NCBI GenBank assembly: GCA_002269645.1
Contig: NIVC01004138.1
Coordinates: forward strand, 1 to 58,536
Reading direction: 5' to 3'
DNA from: Macrostomum lignano
Lineage: Eukaryota
DNA: 58,536 bases
Made by a program: the position numbers and the translations under genes. The notes under the pieces were generated by a model. It searched no databases, was not told the DNA's origin, and saw only the letters and a list, made by a program, of their open reading frames with translations. Below are positions 35,418-46,355 of this stretch, piece after piece (position 1 is the first letter of the stretch; each line of letters begins with the position of its first letter).

Positions 35418-35992
35418 TTGCCGTATCCTTTCTGAGACTGAGTCTTCTTATAGCCTTGCAGTCGAGGTTTTTTAGGACTGGACTTTTCTTCCCGAGGCTT
35501 TTCCAGCAATTTTGTAGTGTTCAGACCAACTGCAGACAGAGGCACGTGGTTTTCTTGAAGACACGTAACAAACTCATTAATCCCATTCGGTGGCTGAAGG
35601 TACTTAGAGTACGTATCTTTAACTATGAAATGCAGCAGGTCCACGATATTTGAGTTGTACAACGGTTTACCATTGACAGAAACTTCATACGTATCATCTA
35701 TGCTAATCGACTTGCACTTTACGGTTATGAAGCTAATCAATGCCTGCAGACGATGATGCCATTTCTGATTCACCGTCAGATATAAAACCTCCTTCCACTG
35801 CGGTTCTTTGTGAATTACTGGAGGCTGTTCTTGGGTCGCACTTGCCTGCAGCTGCTGCACGCAACGCTCGTCCCTAATCTTGCGCAACTGTTTTTCCGCC
35901 TCTAGCTCGGGTTCACAGACTGTCTCCATGCCCCTCTGATTCACAAGTGCCTCATACTGCAACCGGGGTACCAGTATCATTTCCTTGTACAT
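35396..35992 (-). CDS. Conserved Polinton hypothetical protein
   Basis: Intact 198 aa; MILVP...VNGKPLYNSNIVDLL...PPNGINEF...L.ENHVP pattern. Confidence 0.7.
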   Translation of the reverse strand: MYKEMILVPRLQYEALVNQRGMETVCEPELEAEKQLRKIRDERCVQQLQASATQEQPPVIHKEPQWKEVLYLTVNQKWHHRLQALISFITVKCKSISIDDTYEVSVNGKPLYNSNIVDLLHFIVKDTYSKYLQPPNGINEFVTCLQENHVPLSAVGLNTTKLLEKPREEKSSPKKPRLQGYKKTQSQKGYGKWIKWPR

Positions 35993-36282
35993 GTCTTTTT
36001 ATACAGGTGAGAATCAGAGGAAGACAACGAAGGATATGCGGGTGTGAGAGATTGCGCCGAGCCTCTTTCACACTTTTGCTTTGTGCAACAAGCCGGAGAG
36101 TATTTCGATATCGCCTGAGTCTCCGCTTCAAGCTATCTTCACAACAACTTTTCCTGCTAGTAAGTTATAATACACTCGACCAAAAAGCAAATGGTGCTTT
36201 TATTTGCATAGGTAAGTATGCAGCGACGCAAGGATATAGTGCCCTCACAAAAGACAGTTATTAGTGCAATGTGTTTATCCAT
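35952..36282 (-). CDS. Small basic Polinton protein, frameshifted, missed by the ORF track
   Basis: MDKHI...RRCILTYANKSTICFLVEC / NLLAGKV / LKRRLRRYRNTLRLVA, read across three frames. Confidence 0.5.
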
Positions 36283-36312
36283 GTTTAACTCAGTGCAGAT
36301 ACTGAGCCATTC

Positions 36313-36972
36313 TTATAGATAAACTCGCTGCGGGGCCTCATCGGGGAGAAAATTGGCTCTCAGGCGCAGTTCATGGGGCGAAGCGGGGTGAAAATCAAGC
36401 AGCAGATAGCGCTGATCTCCATCTCGCACCAATCGATCCATCAGTTCTACTAGCAGAGTGCGCCGTTTGGGAAAGCATTGCTGACTTAAAGCTTGGACCG
36501 CAGAGGCGTCTCTGGGGTTGTTGAACAACACAATGTAGGTGCAATTTATGCTAATTGTGCGCCACTCTCTGCCTTTGAAAAATAGATTTTGCGTGATGAG
36601 AATGACAAAGCAGGGCTTGTGGTGGGCCTCACGGGTGAACAGATGTCGTAGCTCTCGACTTGCAGCTGCTTCATCCAGTAAATCGTCAATCACAATCAGG
36701 TCATGGGGCTGCAGATCCAAATTCGATAATCCTTCACATACTTGCACTCCTAGCCGCCGCAGAGTCGCGTGGAGTTCCGGCTGCGGGCATCCGTGATACC
36801 AAATCATCCGCTTGGGAGGTTGGTCGAACAGAAGCAGTCGTTGGGACAGCAACCGCAAACAGAATGTTGATTTTCCCGCTCGAGAAGGGCCCGAAACCAT
36901 CATGCAGCCTCCCATCCGCAGTCTGGAATCAAACACCTTGCAACTGATTTTTGAGTCTGAGTATGATTGCAT
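36313..36972 (-). CDS. A32/FtsK-like DNA packaging ATPase
   Basis: Walker A GPSRAGKS, Walker B LIVIDD, ITQNLF, RTISINCTYIVLFNNPRD. Confidence 0.93.
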   Translation of the reverse strand: MQSYSDSKISCKVFDSRLRMGGCMMVSGPSRAGKSTFCLRLLSQRLLLFDQPPKRMIWYHGCPQPELHATLRRLGVQVCEGLSNLDLQPHDLIVIDDLLDEAAASRELRHLFTREAHHKPCFVILITQNLFFKGREWRTISINCTYIVLFNNPRDASAVQALSQQCFPKRRTLLVELMDRLVRDGDQRYLLLDFHPASPHELRLRANFLPDEAPQRVYL

Positions 36973-37401
36973 CGTTTTGAGCCACAGCTGCCGGGTGCAA
37001 AACCTTGATGAACAAGGCATTATATGACATTCTCTTATGCAGTCGATGGATCAAGTAAAAAATGCAATACCAGCCGCAAGAGTTGACGAACTGGGCTGAA
37101 CAGGGACCGTATTCCATTGTAGCACCATCCGCGTCGGTTTAGTTTTCTTTAACCAGCTCTTCATATTTTTACTCAAGCCTCCCAAAGAGTTGAAAATTTC
37201 ACAATGCACTTTACTGGTTACTACTCCAGCAATCCAGTGACCGCACTCATCATTCCATGGCTCATACAAAATGAAGCAGCAGGGTCGGCAGGTTGAATCG
37301 AAAAATGGTGTCACTGTTCCAACTGTAAAAATTCCGCAATAGGCATCCCGCACAGCTGTGGGGCAGCGAGAAATGAACGCTTCCAACTCTTCGGAATTCA
37401 T
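36929..37401 (-). CDS. Adenain-like cysteine maturation protease, one -1 frameshift near 37075
   Basis: GHW, IFNSLG, QPSSSTL then CGWYC in the next frame, giving the H, (D/N), Q, C order. Confidence 0.85.
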
Positions 37402-38669
37402 GCTCTGCGATAATCCAGCAGCACATCCCTCTCTTTAGTGATTTCCATGCATGAATCATACACGCACAAGCAGATGAGTGTGACTGGCTGTGCGAGAGCG
37501 TTGGAAAAGCGAATATCCAGTCGTAGTTGACCCTGCCTATGACCAAACCAGCTGCCTACTTCATCGCCACTTGGACTAAGGTCAAACGCAAGCAGATAGG
37601 CACTATTTCGAAATTCATCAAAGCTTATGCAATAGTTTCCACCGAGACTGCGGGCAAACTGCAAAAATTCGGATGAGGGCTGCTGCTGTGGTTCTATGGG
37701 CTGCCCAGTAATTGGCTCTCCATTGACAAACAGGCTTAAACTATTCAACCCAAATGCTTGGAACCAAAACGGGTTGTGGTGCAGAGATCCATTGAAAGCA
37801 GTCTGGCTGACCATTCCAAGGAGCACAAATTTTGGCAGCTGACCATGCGTGATTGAATCGAGACTCTTGTTTCTTGTCCCAACAGAAAATGTGAATGTCT
37901 GAAGCTCTCTTCTATCAAAGTGGTAGAGAGCATTACGCTGTGAGAGCCCCTGTTCATGTGCGAGAGCCACTGTTGGGTTTACTCGGAGACGCCTCAAAAG
38001 CAGAATAGCATTGTCGACTTCAACACGGTATTGAACTCCATTATTGGGTACCATCAACGAAAAAGCGCTGCAATGCCGGGTCAATTTGACCTGCAGGCTG
38101 ATTTGGTTTAGCAGATACTGCCGGATTGAGAAAATGTCTGAAAACAACGGGCCGGCATATTGCACAACAGCAGAAGCCTCATGCAATCTCGCACGATTTG
38201 TGAATCCATGATTTTGCTCCCCAATGGTGTCACTCTCTCCAGCGGTGTCTGGATAATAACCTGCGGCCGCCAGTTCTTGAAGCTGGTTGGCATTGCTGCT
38301 GGTCAGCACTTGAAGCATTGCTCGATATGGGTAGAGCTGGTCCCCACCACTCACAACCCGCTGGTTGAGTTTTACAGTGACATCACGAAACAGGCTGGCA
38401 AGCGGGAGATTCGATAGTCCGACATGGGCATCATCTTCATTAGTCAGCTCTGCATTGTTTATCACACGAGTTATCCGGCAAGTGACTTGCAGCACTGTGG
38501 CGTGCAGATCGGTGTAGTCCTCAGAGGAGGCGTGGCAGTCGAATTCAATCGGTGCATCAGGAGTCGTGAGACTGCCGATGGGATGAAAGTCCGTGAAGTG
38601 AGACCTATCCACTCCAATTTCATGCGTCATTGGCTCAAACAGATTGAGCCGTGGATTTGTCCGATACAT
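37398..38669 (-). CDS. Major capsid protein (double jelly-roll, hexon-like)
   Basis: Intact 423 aa; FHPI...PIEF, LASLFRDVTVKLN, YPYRAML, GQLPKFVLLGMV, NPFWFQAF, LRLDIRF. Lies in the virion gene block. Confidence 0.88.
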   Translation of the reverse strand: MYRTNPRLNLFEPMTHEIGVDRSHFTDFHPIGSLTTPDAPIEFDCHASSEDYTDLHATVLQVTCRITRVINNAELTNEDDAHVGLSNLPLASLFRDVTVKLNQRVVSGGDQLYPYRAMLQVLTSSNANQLQELAAAGYYPDTAGESDTIGEQNHGFTNRARLHEASAVVQYAGPLFSDIFSIRQYLLNQISLQVKLTRHCSAFSLMVPNNGVQYRVEVDNAILLLRRLRVNPTVALAHEQGLSQRNALYHFDRRELQTFTFSVGTRNKSLDSITHGQLPKFVLLGMVSQTAFNGSLHHNPFWFQAFGLNSLSLFVNGEPITGQPIEPQQQPSSEFLQFARSLGGNYCISFDEFRNSAYLLAFDLSPSGDEVGSWFGHRQGQLRLDIRFSNALAQPVTLICLCVYDSCMEITKERDVLLDYRRA

Positions 38670-38917
38670 TATGAGAGTGAATCGAGCACTCGGTTGACTG
38701 TTTTTAACGGTATCTTGCGCTTTTTTGTGGGCACTGGCTTGCTCTTCTTTGGTTTGATTTTTGGCGTTTTCTTATGTTTTTTCTGCGATGGAGGTGGTAT
38801 GCGGGAAAGGAGAACTGCATTTTCATGAGTCTCAGGGGGCAGTCGAGATAGCAGCGATGTGGGATATCCGTGCCCATGAGGAAGTTTGAAGCAACTGCCT
38901 CGATAAAACTCGGTCAC
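38669..38917 (-). CDS. Small Lys-rich putative core protein (GTG start)
   Basis: YRG...HGHG N-terminus and KKHKKTPKIKPKKSK tail; overlaps the penton stop and the capsid start. Confidence 0.5.
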   Translation of the reverse strand: MTEFYRGSCFKLPHGHGYPTSLLSRLPPETHENAVLLSRIPPPSQKKHKKTPKIKPKKSKPVPTKKRKIPLKTVNRVLDSLS

Positions 38918-39678
38918 TCACGCAGCTCAAAAGTCAAGACTGTGGGTCCAAAGAGTAATCGGATAGATTCGATACAGTTGATCGGTCGTAGCCGTATTTG
39001 CATGTGTGTTAAGCGGTGGTTTGCTGCTATTGGGAAGAACAGCTTATTCTTATAGATGAGTTCCGACCGGTGATCCTGCAAAAGACCACCAATATTCAAA
39101 GTCTGCAGTGCTGGAGTAAACTGATTTCCAATACAGCGCGGGCTAATCTGATCGCACTCAACAAGCAGCAAATCCGTATTCCAGGCCGGGTTCATGCCAG
39201 GTCGTTCAAAGCATCCTGCCTGCTCGCTATAGGTTGTCTGCGCAGCACCAAAGATTTTCCCCATCTGGCTGTTTTCTGGAAACATAAATCTCTCACAGAT
39301 CCCAGCCATTTGATAGTATACATAATGGCTAACTGAATCAAGGGTAAATTTAATTAGATGCACATTTATAGGTGTTTCGCCAATTCCAGACTCATCAAAA
39401 TCTTTTACAATCAGTAAAGCATTTACTGCATCAATCAGCTCATTCAAGTCATTGTAGCGCCCAGCTGGAATTTCAGCACATTGCATTGAACCCTCAAGCT
39501 GATAATATAGCGACAATGGATGAGGGATCGTGTAGATGCAGTTGATAAAACTGATTCCAAGCAGACCCAACTCATAGTCCAAAGCAGAATCCAGCAGCAC
39601 AGGATGCAGCAGCTCAGCAGTAAAGTTGGCCGGGTCATCATCGGGGCCGGACATTACCTGAAATCTTTGCCTTTTCAT
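38914..39678 (-). CDS. Minor capsid (penton) protein
   Basis: Intact 254 aa; NFTAEL..PVLL...YELGL.GISF, IPAGRY.DLNELIDAVN, LLVECDQI. Confidence 0.8.
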   Translation of the reverse strand: MKRQRFQVMSGPDDDPANFTAELLHPVLLDSALDYELGLLGISFINCIYTIPHPLSLYYQLEGSMQCAEIPAGRYNDLNELIDAVNALLIVKDFDESGIGETPINVHLIKFTLDSVSHYVYYQMAGICERFMFPENSQMGKIFGAAQTTYSEQAGCFERPGMNPAWNTDLLLVECDQISPRCIGNQFTPALQTLNIGGLLQDHRSELIYKNKLFFPIAANHRLTHMQIRLRPINCIESIRLLFGPTVLTFELRE

Positions 39679-40893
39679 ATTTTTCTTAAGTCTTTTTCGT
39701 CAATCCAACTGGGTTTTTCTGAATCGCGCCACTGAACCAAATACCGAATCTTTCCACTCTTCAGCTTCTTAATGTTGAGAACCTTGTCGATGATCCACAG
39801 CTTCTTGTTTCCTGTCACTTGCTGCATTTCCGGCTCGTAAAACTTGCCTTCCAACTCTTCACCTCGGGCATCGATCAGAGTGTACATGTATGGATAATGC
39901 TTGGGGTGGAGGGACTTGACTTCAAATACTTCCTCACTCCATCCCCTTGTGTATCCCTTGGTGAATGGGTTGGCCAGATTGCGAAGAGAGATTCGCACCA
40001 TCATTCCTGCCTTGAACTTTGGTCTGGAGACCTTTTCACGAGTCTCAGGAAGCTTCCCATCGTAAAGCCGGTGCCAAATTTCCATCTCGTTTGACTTGTC
40101 GACATCAACTGGTCGGCTTTGAATACTCCGATGAATACTCTGGTTGTATGCCTTTGCTAAGGGTTGAAGCACATCGGTCCAGGTTAATGTTGACTTGTGA
40201 CGGAAGTACCGCCACATTCGGGATTTCAGTGTGCGGTTCCATCTCTCAATGACTGCGCATTTCTGGTCACTACTTGATGTGAATGCATGAATTTTGTGGT
40301 TTACGCAGAGGGCTCGGAACTGGGTGTTACAAAACTCTTTTCCACGGTCGGTCCGAACTGCTCGTGGGCATCGAGGGTGAGCTCGATTTAGGATCGCTTC
40401 GAATCCGGCTGCAACCTCCTCGGCTGTCTTGCGGCGCACCGGCTGAGCCCAGGCAAACTTGCTGAGCACATCAATGCAGCATAAAATATATCGTACGCCG
40501 CCATTGTACTTGGCAAACGGTAGCATTTCAACCAGGTCCAGTTCCCACTGGTCATCCATGCCCCGCGCCACAATCGGTGCTCGACGAAAGTTTTTGCGTT
40601 TATCTCTATGCAGTGTGTAGACATCTTGGTCTTGGAGCCACGTTTTTACCTTTAATTGTAAAAACTGGAAATTGCTAGCTAGTGGATAAAACTAAAAACC
40701 TAAGCTGGAATTTTCTAAAAAATCATTGGTTTAGAAGTATATCGTATATACATACCTGCCCTACACTAAACTTGGGTCCGTGCTGTTTGTGCAACTCTCG
40801 TTTTAATGCCTGATAGCCGCCATAGCTGCCCGGTCTACTGCAGTCAAAATAAATACCTGGCAGAAGGTTTGAAATTGCCTTTTTCTTTTTCAT
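39675..40893 (-). CDS. Retroviral-like DDE integrase with C-terminal chromo-like domain; two exons (40756-40893, 39675-40649), 370 aa
   Basis: D (ELDLVEM), D (RTDRGKEF), E (IERWNRTLK); YLVQWRD chromo motif. Exon 1 YFDCSRPGSYGG joins VKTWLQDQDVYTLH in phase 0. Confidence 0.93.
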
Positions 40894-41461
40894 TTTACCA
40901 AATTTCTAGTACCTATCATTTTCTTATGCCAAACACCTGCTTGAAAAAAAAAATAACTGCCCACCCCCACCAGTTTCTGCGGATTTAGCGTTTCTAGCCT
41001 CTGTTGTGCGCGAAAAAGCATGCATGTTTGCACAAAATACATACATTTCAATGGGAATTTTTACCCGAGTGTGTGCACAAAAAACCTCAACACTTTGCAT
41101 ACTTTTTAACACTGTGCACGAAAACTTGCATACTTGTGCACAAAATACATGTATTTCAATAGGGATTTGTAACGAAAACCTGTGCATGAAAATTGACGCA
41201 TTTTGTCGAAAAATTCACGCCGTATTGCATACTTTTAATCACTGGACGAAAACTTGCATACTTGTGGATAAAATACATACATTTCAATGGGGATTTTACC
41301 CCAGAGCTGTGCACAAAAAAATGACTAATTATAGCAAAAATATTTTTGTGAAAGAGCATTTTTCTCTATTTCTGCGTATTAGATATCATAGAGTAAAGCT
41401 TGTATTTATTATTATTCAAAATATAGTATGTTCGTATTAAATTTACATGCATATAGTTGTT

Positions 41462-42267
41462 TTAAATCAGATATTTACAAAGAAAAAAAAATTGTGGGAA
41501 AAAGAGCTTGCTAGTGTCCAGATCGCACTGGCCGATATACACTAGCCTGTCGAGCACAACATTCGTCTTGAGAATGTGCACCAGAACTAAATCCCGGTTG
41601 AAAATCTTCTGGTCGCGGAATGCTGACTTGGCCACAGGCTTTGAATTGACCAGTCGGTAGCTCACTTGCTTGCGAACATTCTCTAGGGTCTACAGGGAGT
41701 TGTTTAGCGGCCCGTTGTCTTTCTTGAACTCATTCTTGGCCTTTTGCACGACGCTCCATGCGGTAGATAATAAACAGCGGTCGACACGTCAACACACCGA
41801 GTGGTCCTGATTTCCCAGCAACTGGCATTGCGTAGGTACTTCTCTATCCGGTTGAGGATAGTCTGCATGTCGTCAGAGAAGTATTGCTCCTCCTCACTCC
41901 GAATAAGAGAGTGGACCTTGGCAGCAAACCAGGCGGTGTTCTCGGCGGCGCAGCGGCCATTAATGATGCGCTGCATCAGGACCCCGAGGCGCAGCTGAAC
42001 CTTGATGGCGGTTCCTGGCTGAAGTTGATGCTGGGTGATCAAGTCAATGAAAGCTTGACGAGTGCTGTCCAAAAAATTCCTCGGGTCGCCGCATGCACTG
42101 GCCCGGTAAAGTTGGGACCTGCCATTAAACGCCTCCTTGATCAGTTGAAAATGAATCGCTGGGGAGTCATCTGACTCAAACAGTGCTGGTATCGCAGGAC
42201 ATACCGCATAGTGCTCCTCAATGCCCCCGATTACTGATGACTCGCAAAAGTCGCAAGTTATTTGCAT
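41462..42267 (-). pseudogene. Internally deleted protein-primed DNA polymerase B relic
   Basis: N-terminal block (IEKYLRNASCWEI...Y.LPHGAS) fused to a degenerate motif-B region (AKNEFKKD..LNNSL*TLENVRK...IFNRDLVLVH.LKT.V.LDRLVYIG..DLDTSK). Exonuclease motifs, motif A and YxDTD not found. Confidence 0.75.
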
Positions 42268-42326
42268 TTTCGTTGTATTTTTAATTTAATCTAAAATAAA
42301 TAAAAAATCTATGGGGCCGAGGTGCT

Positions 42327-42336
42327 TTATTTATAA
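42327..42336 (-). promoter_or_regulatory. Candidate TATA box of the polB unit
   Basis: TATAAATAAA about 60 nt upstream of the ATG at 42267. Confidence 0.4.
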
Positions 42337-42839
42337 AGGGTACTGGAGCCCTTCTCCCGCAGGGTCCAAACCAAATCGTTCATCAGGGACCTCTCGACCA
42401 ATAGAATCCATTCTCCACATTTTACTCGGAAATCACTTCAAATGCTTGCTCGACCAATAGAATCCCTTCCCCTCTCTACTCGGAAATTCCAAGCAATCGG
42501 GCCCTCTACCGGATCACATTGAAACTCTGTGCTGCGTGTCACCACACGCGGTAGGAGGACACTCGCCAATGGACACTCATTCACATCTCGATACCCACCC
42601 TTGGACACTCAACCAGACACTCGGCTGCCCGACCCCTCATCTGGCCTGCTCGACCGGCCTGCCCGACCCCACTCCTGGGCTTGCCCGACCCATTTCTCCT
42701 GCCTCCGGTATGGGATGGGGTGCTGGACAGGAAGGGGCCTTGGTATGGGATGGGGTACAGGACAGGCAGGGCCTTGGTTTGGGATGAGGTGCAGGATAGG
42801 AGGAGGCCTTGGTATGGGATGTACGGGGTGTAGGACACG

Positions 42840-43105
42840 AGGGGGTCTTGGTATGGGATGCACGGGGTGCAGGACAGGAGGGGTGTAGGACAGGAGGGGG
42901 CCTGGTTTGGGGTCGGGGTGGGTGCGTGGGTTTGGGGTCGGGATTGGGTGCGTGGCGGTGGTGGGTTTGGGGTCGGGGTGGGTTTGGGGGTCGGGGTGGG
43001 TTTGGCGTCGGGGTGGGCGTCTTCGGGGCGCCCTCTCCCCTCATTGGCCGGGTGCCCCGGCCAATCCCGTGCGATGGCGGTAGAGGGTACCACTTTCCTA
43101 CTACT
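42840..43105 (-). repeat. Polinton right TIR
   Basis: Reverse complement of 32131-32398. Confidence 0.95.
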
Positions 43106-43336
43106 CTCCAAAGATTAAGTTTTTGCTAACCAGTCAAAATTTTGAGACAAGATAAGGGGCAACAGTTGTCTTGAGTAAAGCCATCCGCTCTTTCTAAATT
43201 TAGTCAACTGCTCCTAAGCTACAAATCTAAATGACCGTAAAAAGTAAATATTCTATGGGTTTTTCGGTCGGTATTTCACTTAAATCCCGAGAGCCGGCTC
43301 TGATATTTTATCTATATCAGTAATATAGTGTAATCT

Positions 43337-43671
43337 CGTATAAACCATAGACATAAAGACTTTACGGGATATTATTGAATATTACCAAATAAAATCCCGG
43401 AGAACGCAAATATTGTCACGGAAAGTCCAGGGACTACTCAATTGAGTAGTCCCTGGGAAAGTCTTTATTTCTATGGATTATAGAATTTTTCACTCAAGTT
43501 GATCCTAGGAGCTTTTAATTTAATTTTAAATAGGAAATTAAAGCTGATAAAAATCGAAAAAACTTAAGTCTATGGCCCAAACCCATAAGCACACAAACCC
43601 ATAAGTTTCTTTACACTTTCAGGCTTGAATTTCGTATCTATGATTAAATTAAAAGCTCCTAGGATCAACTT
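43337..43671. repeat. Cluster of inverted repeats, possibly MITEs
   Basis: Perfect 30-bp palindrome at 43427-43456; perfect 29-bp IR at 43496-43524 and 43643-43671. Confidence 0.8.
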
Positions 43672-44235
43672 CAAAGTAAATGCTATATTTAGTCGGTATT
43701 ACTAAAACCAAAAATTGTTTTAATTGTAAATTGGTCAGTACGAGCGTCGCCACCATTAAACTGTATTGACAGGCCTTGAGAGCAATCAGCGAGATAACAT
43801 GAGATGAAATTGGGGTTTGGGAGCTTAGCGAAGCTGCAAAATTCGGGCATACAATTAGAAATTTAAGGCTTTTGAAGCTTAGGGCCGGCTTATTAAGTAC
43901 TTAGAGATATAAAGCACTTCTACTAAGTGCTTAGGGATAAAGCACTGTTCAGGCGCTGATAAAAGAATTCGTGAGAGCGCATCCGCGGCAATAAATTTCT
44001 TGACTCCCAATTAGTTCTACTGACAAAAGTAGTGCGTTTAGAAGCATATTATTTTGAAAGGATTTTTTGCAGTTTACTATGTTTTCAAGTCATATGGAAC
44101 TAATTCAAATTTTATAGCACGACTGCAATATATGCAAATATAACGAGCATATGAGTAGGATTTATCAGTTCAAATGTACGAGCGTGCGAGTGCGACTCCG
44201 GCAAGGATACCGCATTTTAGAGTGAGCACACTTTA

Positions 44236-44424
44236 AACAGATTGCACCCTGCCCAAATCAAAAAGTAAAGCCGTCTGTGAGGAGAACCAGCCCCGCGCAG
44301 ATTTCCCCGCGGCCACTACAGGGCCATCTATTTTTTTCCAGCTGCCCTCCCGGGAGTTGGCCGACACAAAATCAGCTGATTCAATCAAGCCAATTGCTTT
44401 TGCGAGATCAGGGCAGCCCCAATC
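44236..44424 (-). CDS. Possible discoidin (F5/8C)-like exon
   Basis: CTGCAG acceptor; GC...IG..SA...W...LLFDLGRV resembles discoidin WLQVDLG. Weak similarity. Confidence 0.3.
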
Positions 44425-46306
44425 CTGCAGAGTATTTTCATAGAAGGGAAAAAGAGAGCAGGGAGCATCTGCCTTTCCCATTCGTCTGGTATTTTGGAGG
44501 CATTACATTTAGCCTGCCGCTTGTGTGTGAGATGGTGCACTCTTCCAGTCATGTGATTCCGACATGCTTTCGGCTCTGAGTTCGAACTCTGATAGATCTA
44601 TTGTGCTTTTTAGACAACCAACAAGCTCTCTTGTGTTTTCACATGGCTCAAGCCTAAGACAAAATGGTAAAAATCATGTAGCAGCTAAGCTTTATACAGC
44701 TCCTGCTATCTCCTATAAGTACGCTCATGTTCTATCCTTAAGTGGTACCTGCTCTTTCACTGCCAATTACACCCCCAGTTATACTGCTTTCTGCTGCTAT
44801 TGTTTTGAAAAAAAGAGTTTGACCTTCCATGTATATTTCTCGCCAGTTGATATTTTACTCTGATTAGTCAGCAGATCTAGCGAAGAAATGTTGAAGTAGC
44901 TAACTAAGCAGCTAACAATTTAACGATGTCTGCAGTTGCTGATTGCGAAGCGACTACAACTAACATGTCGACGAATGCGACGGGCCATGACCTCTCAAGC
45001 ACGGATTCTGAAGATGAAGTGTCCCTGAGTACGGCAGAGCTCCTGCTGTCAAACTTTCAATGCTCAATCCTAATTGCCAAGAGTTGGAAGTTGGAAGGCC
45101 TCTCAATATTCCAGTGTTAATTTTTCGGCTTAAGCTTAATTTCTGCCGCATTCGCGTGTCCGCAGTCTTCGGCTAATGTAGCAGAGCTTATATCTAGCAG
45201 TCACGGAATCGTTATGCTATTTTGAGAAGCTACTCGAAACTAGAAGCCATCAGTTAGCCTTCAAACGCATATCTCGTACAGATATGGTATTTCTAGCAGT
45301 CAAATTAAGCATAAAATTAGCAGAAAGCCAGTCGATGATGGCCCTGAAGACAGATGTTACTTACGAGTAAAGCCCAATTGTATAAATCTGTACTAGCCAA
45401 GACTAATAGCATCTGCTAAAGCACAGGTTTTATCGACTAACACTCCCCACCTGAACCTCACATGCAGGACATTTGCAGTGTCAGATATTGCACTTACTGT
45501 TAGGGAGTTGCAGTTTGGGAAAGAATTGGGCAAATCGGTAAAATATTGTTTGCTAATAACCATAAATAGATGATGGAGTGATTGATTTGCTGATAAGAAC
45601 CAAGTATAACAAAAGTAAATGAATGCCAAGCCAAGTTAGAAGTCAGAAAGAAGTGCTTCAGCCTGCAACTCTGTTTGCCAATGCTTCTCTTACGGCTGGG
45701 GTCAAATTATTACAAGATGAGACGACGGAAACTACGCCATGTCGTTAGCAAATACGGTGGGAATCAGGAACGGAGAGGCAGATAGCCAAATTGGATTAGT
45801 GAGCCTGCTTTGGATATTATTATAGAACTAATTTGGTCATATCTGTTGGCACAGAGGTCCTTCTAACCTCTCTCATAAATTACTTTTCATCTTCAATGCA
45901 TTGATGAAGCGACAGGATGTCTAGCTTGAATGTCCTTTTTTAGTCTTGTCCTCGTCTCATTGATTTTCAGTCCACTTAACAGATTAGACTTGCTCTGAGG
46001 TTGAGAAGGGCCTTTTTTGTAACAACTGCTTCGTTATAGTTTAGACTAGATGGTGACAGAGAGTCAGGATAGACCTCTTCCTGCTCTTCCAATCAAAGAG
46101 ATAACCATGTCGCTCATTTGCACGCATCGCTCGTAAGAGTACACGTAACTACCGTATTATATCTTTCTGCTTCCCAACCTACGGCTCATGATAACACTGA
46201 AGCAACACGATCGACTGCAAGCTGCCTACAGAACTCTACGTGAACTTTCAAGTACGTATTTAAAAAATAAACAACATAAACCATTAAGTGCGTGAAGTTT
46301 ACTTAC

Positions 46307-46355
46307 CAACTGCAAATAAGGCAGCAATCACGCGTATCAAAATAAAGTTTTTCAT
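46307..46355 (-). CDS. Candidate signal-peptide first exon
   Basis: MKNFILIRVIAALFAV followed by a GTAAGT donor. Confidence 0.35.

Larger units (their letters stand above)
32131..43105. mobile_element. Polinton/Maverick endogenous virus-like element, complete ends, polB-defective
   Basis: AGTAGTAGG...CCTACTACT termini; ~270-bp near-identical TIRs; TSD CTCCAA at 32125-32130 and 43106-43111; integrase, capsids, protease and ATPase present. Confidence 0.97.

Noticed and set aside
36199-36204. AATAAA as the polyA signal of the virion block
   Set aside because: It lies inside the probable small basic ORF, so it cannot be assigned.
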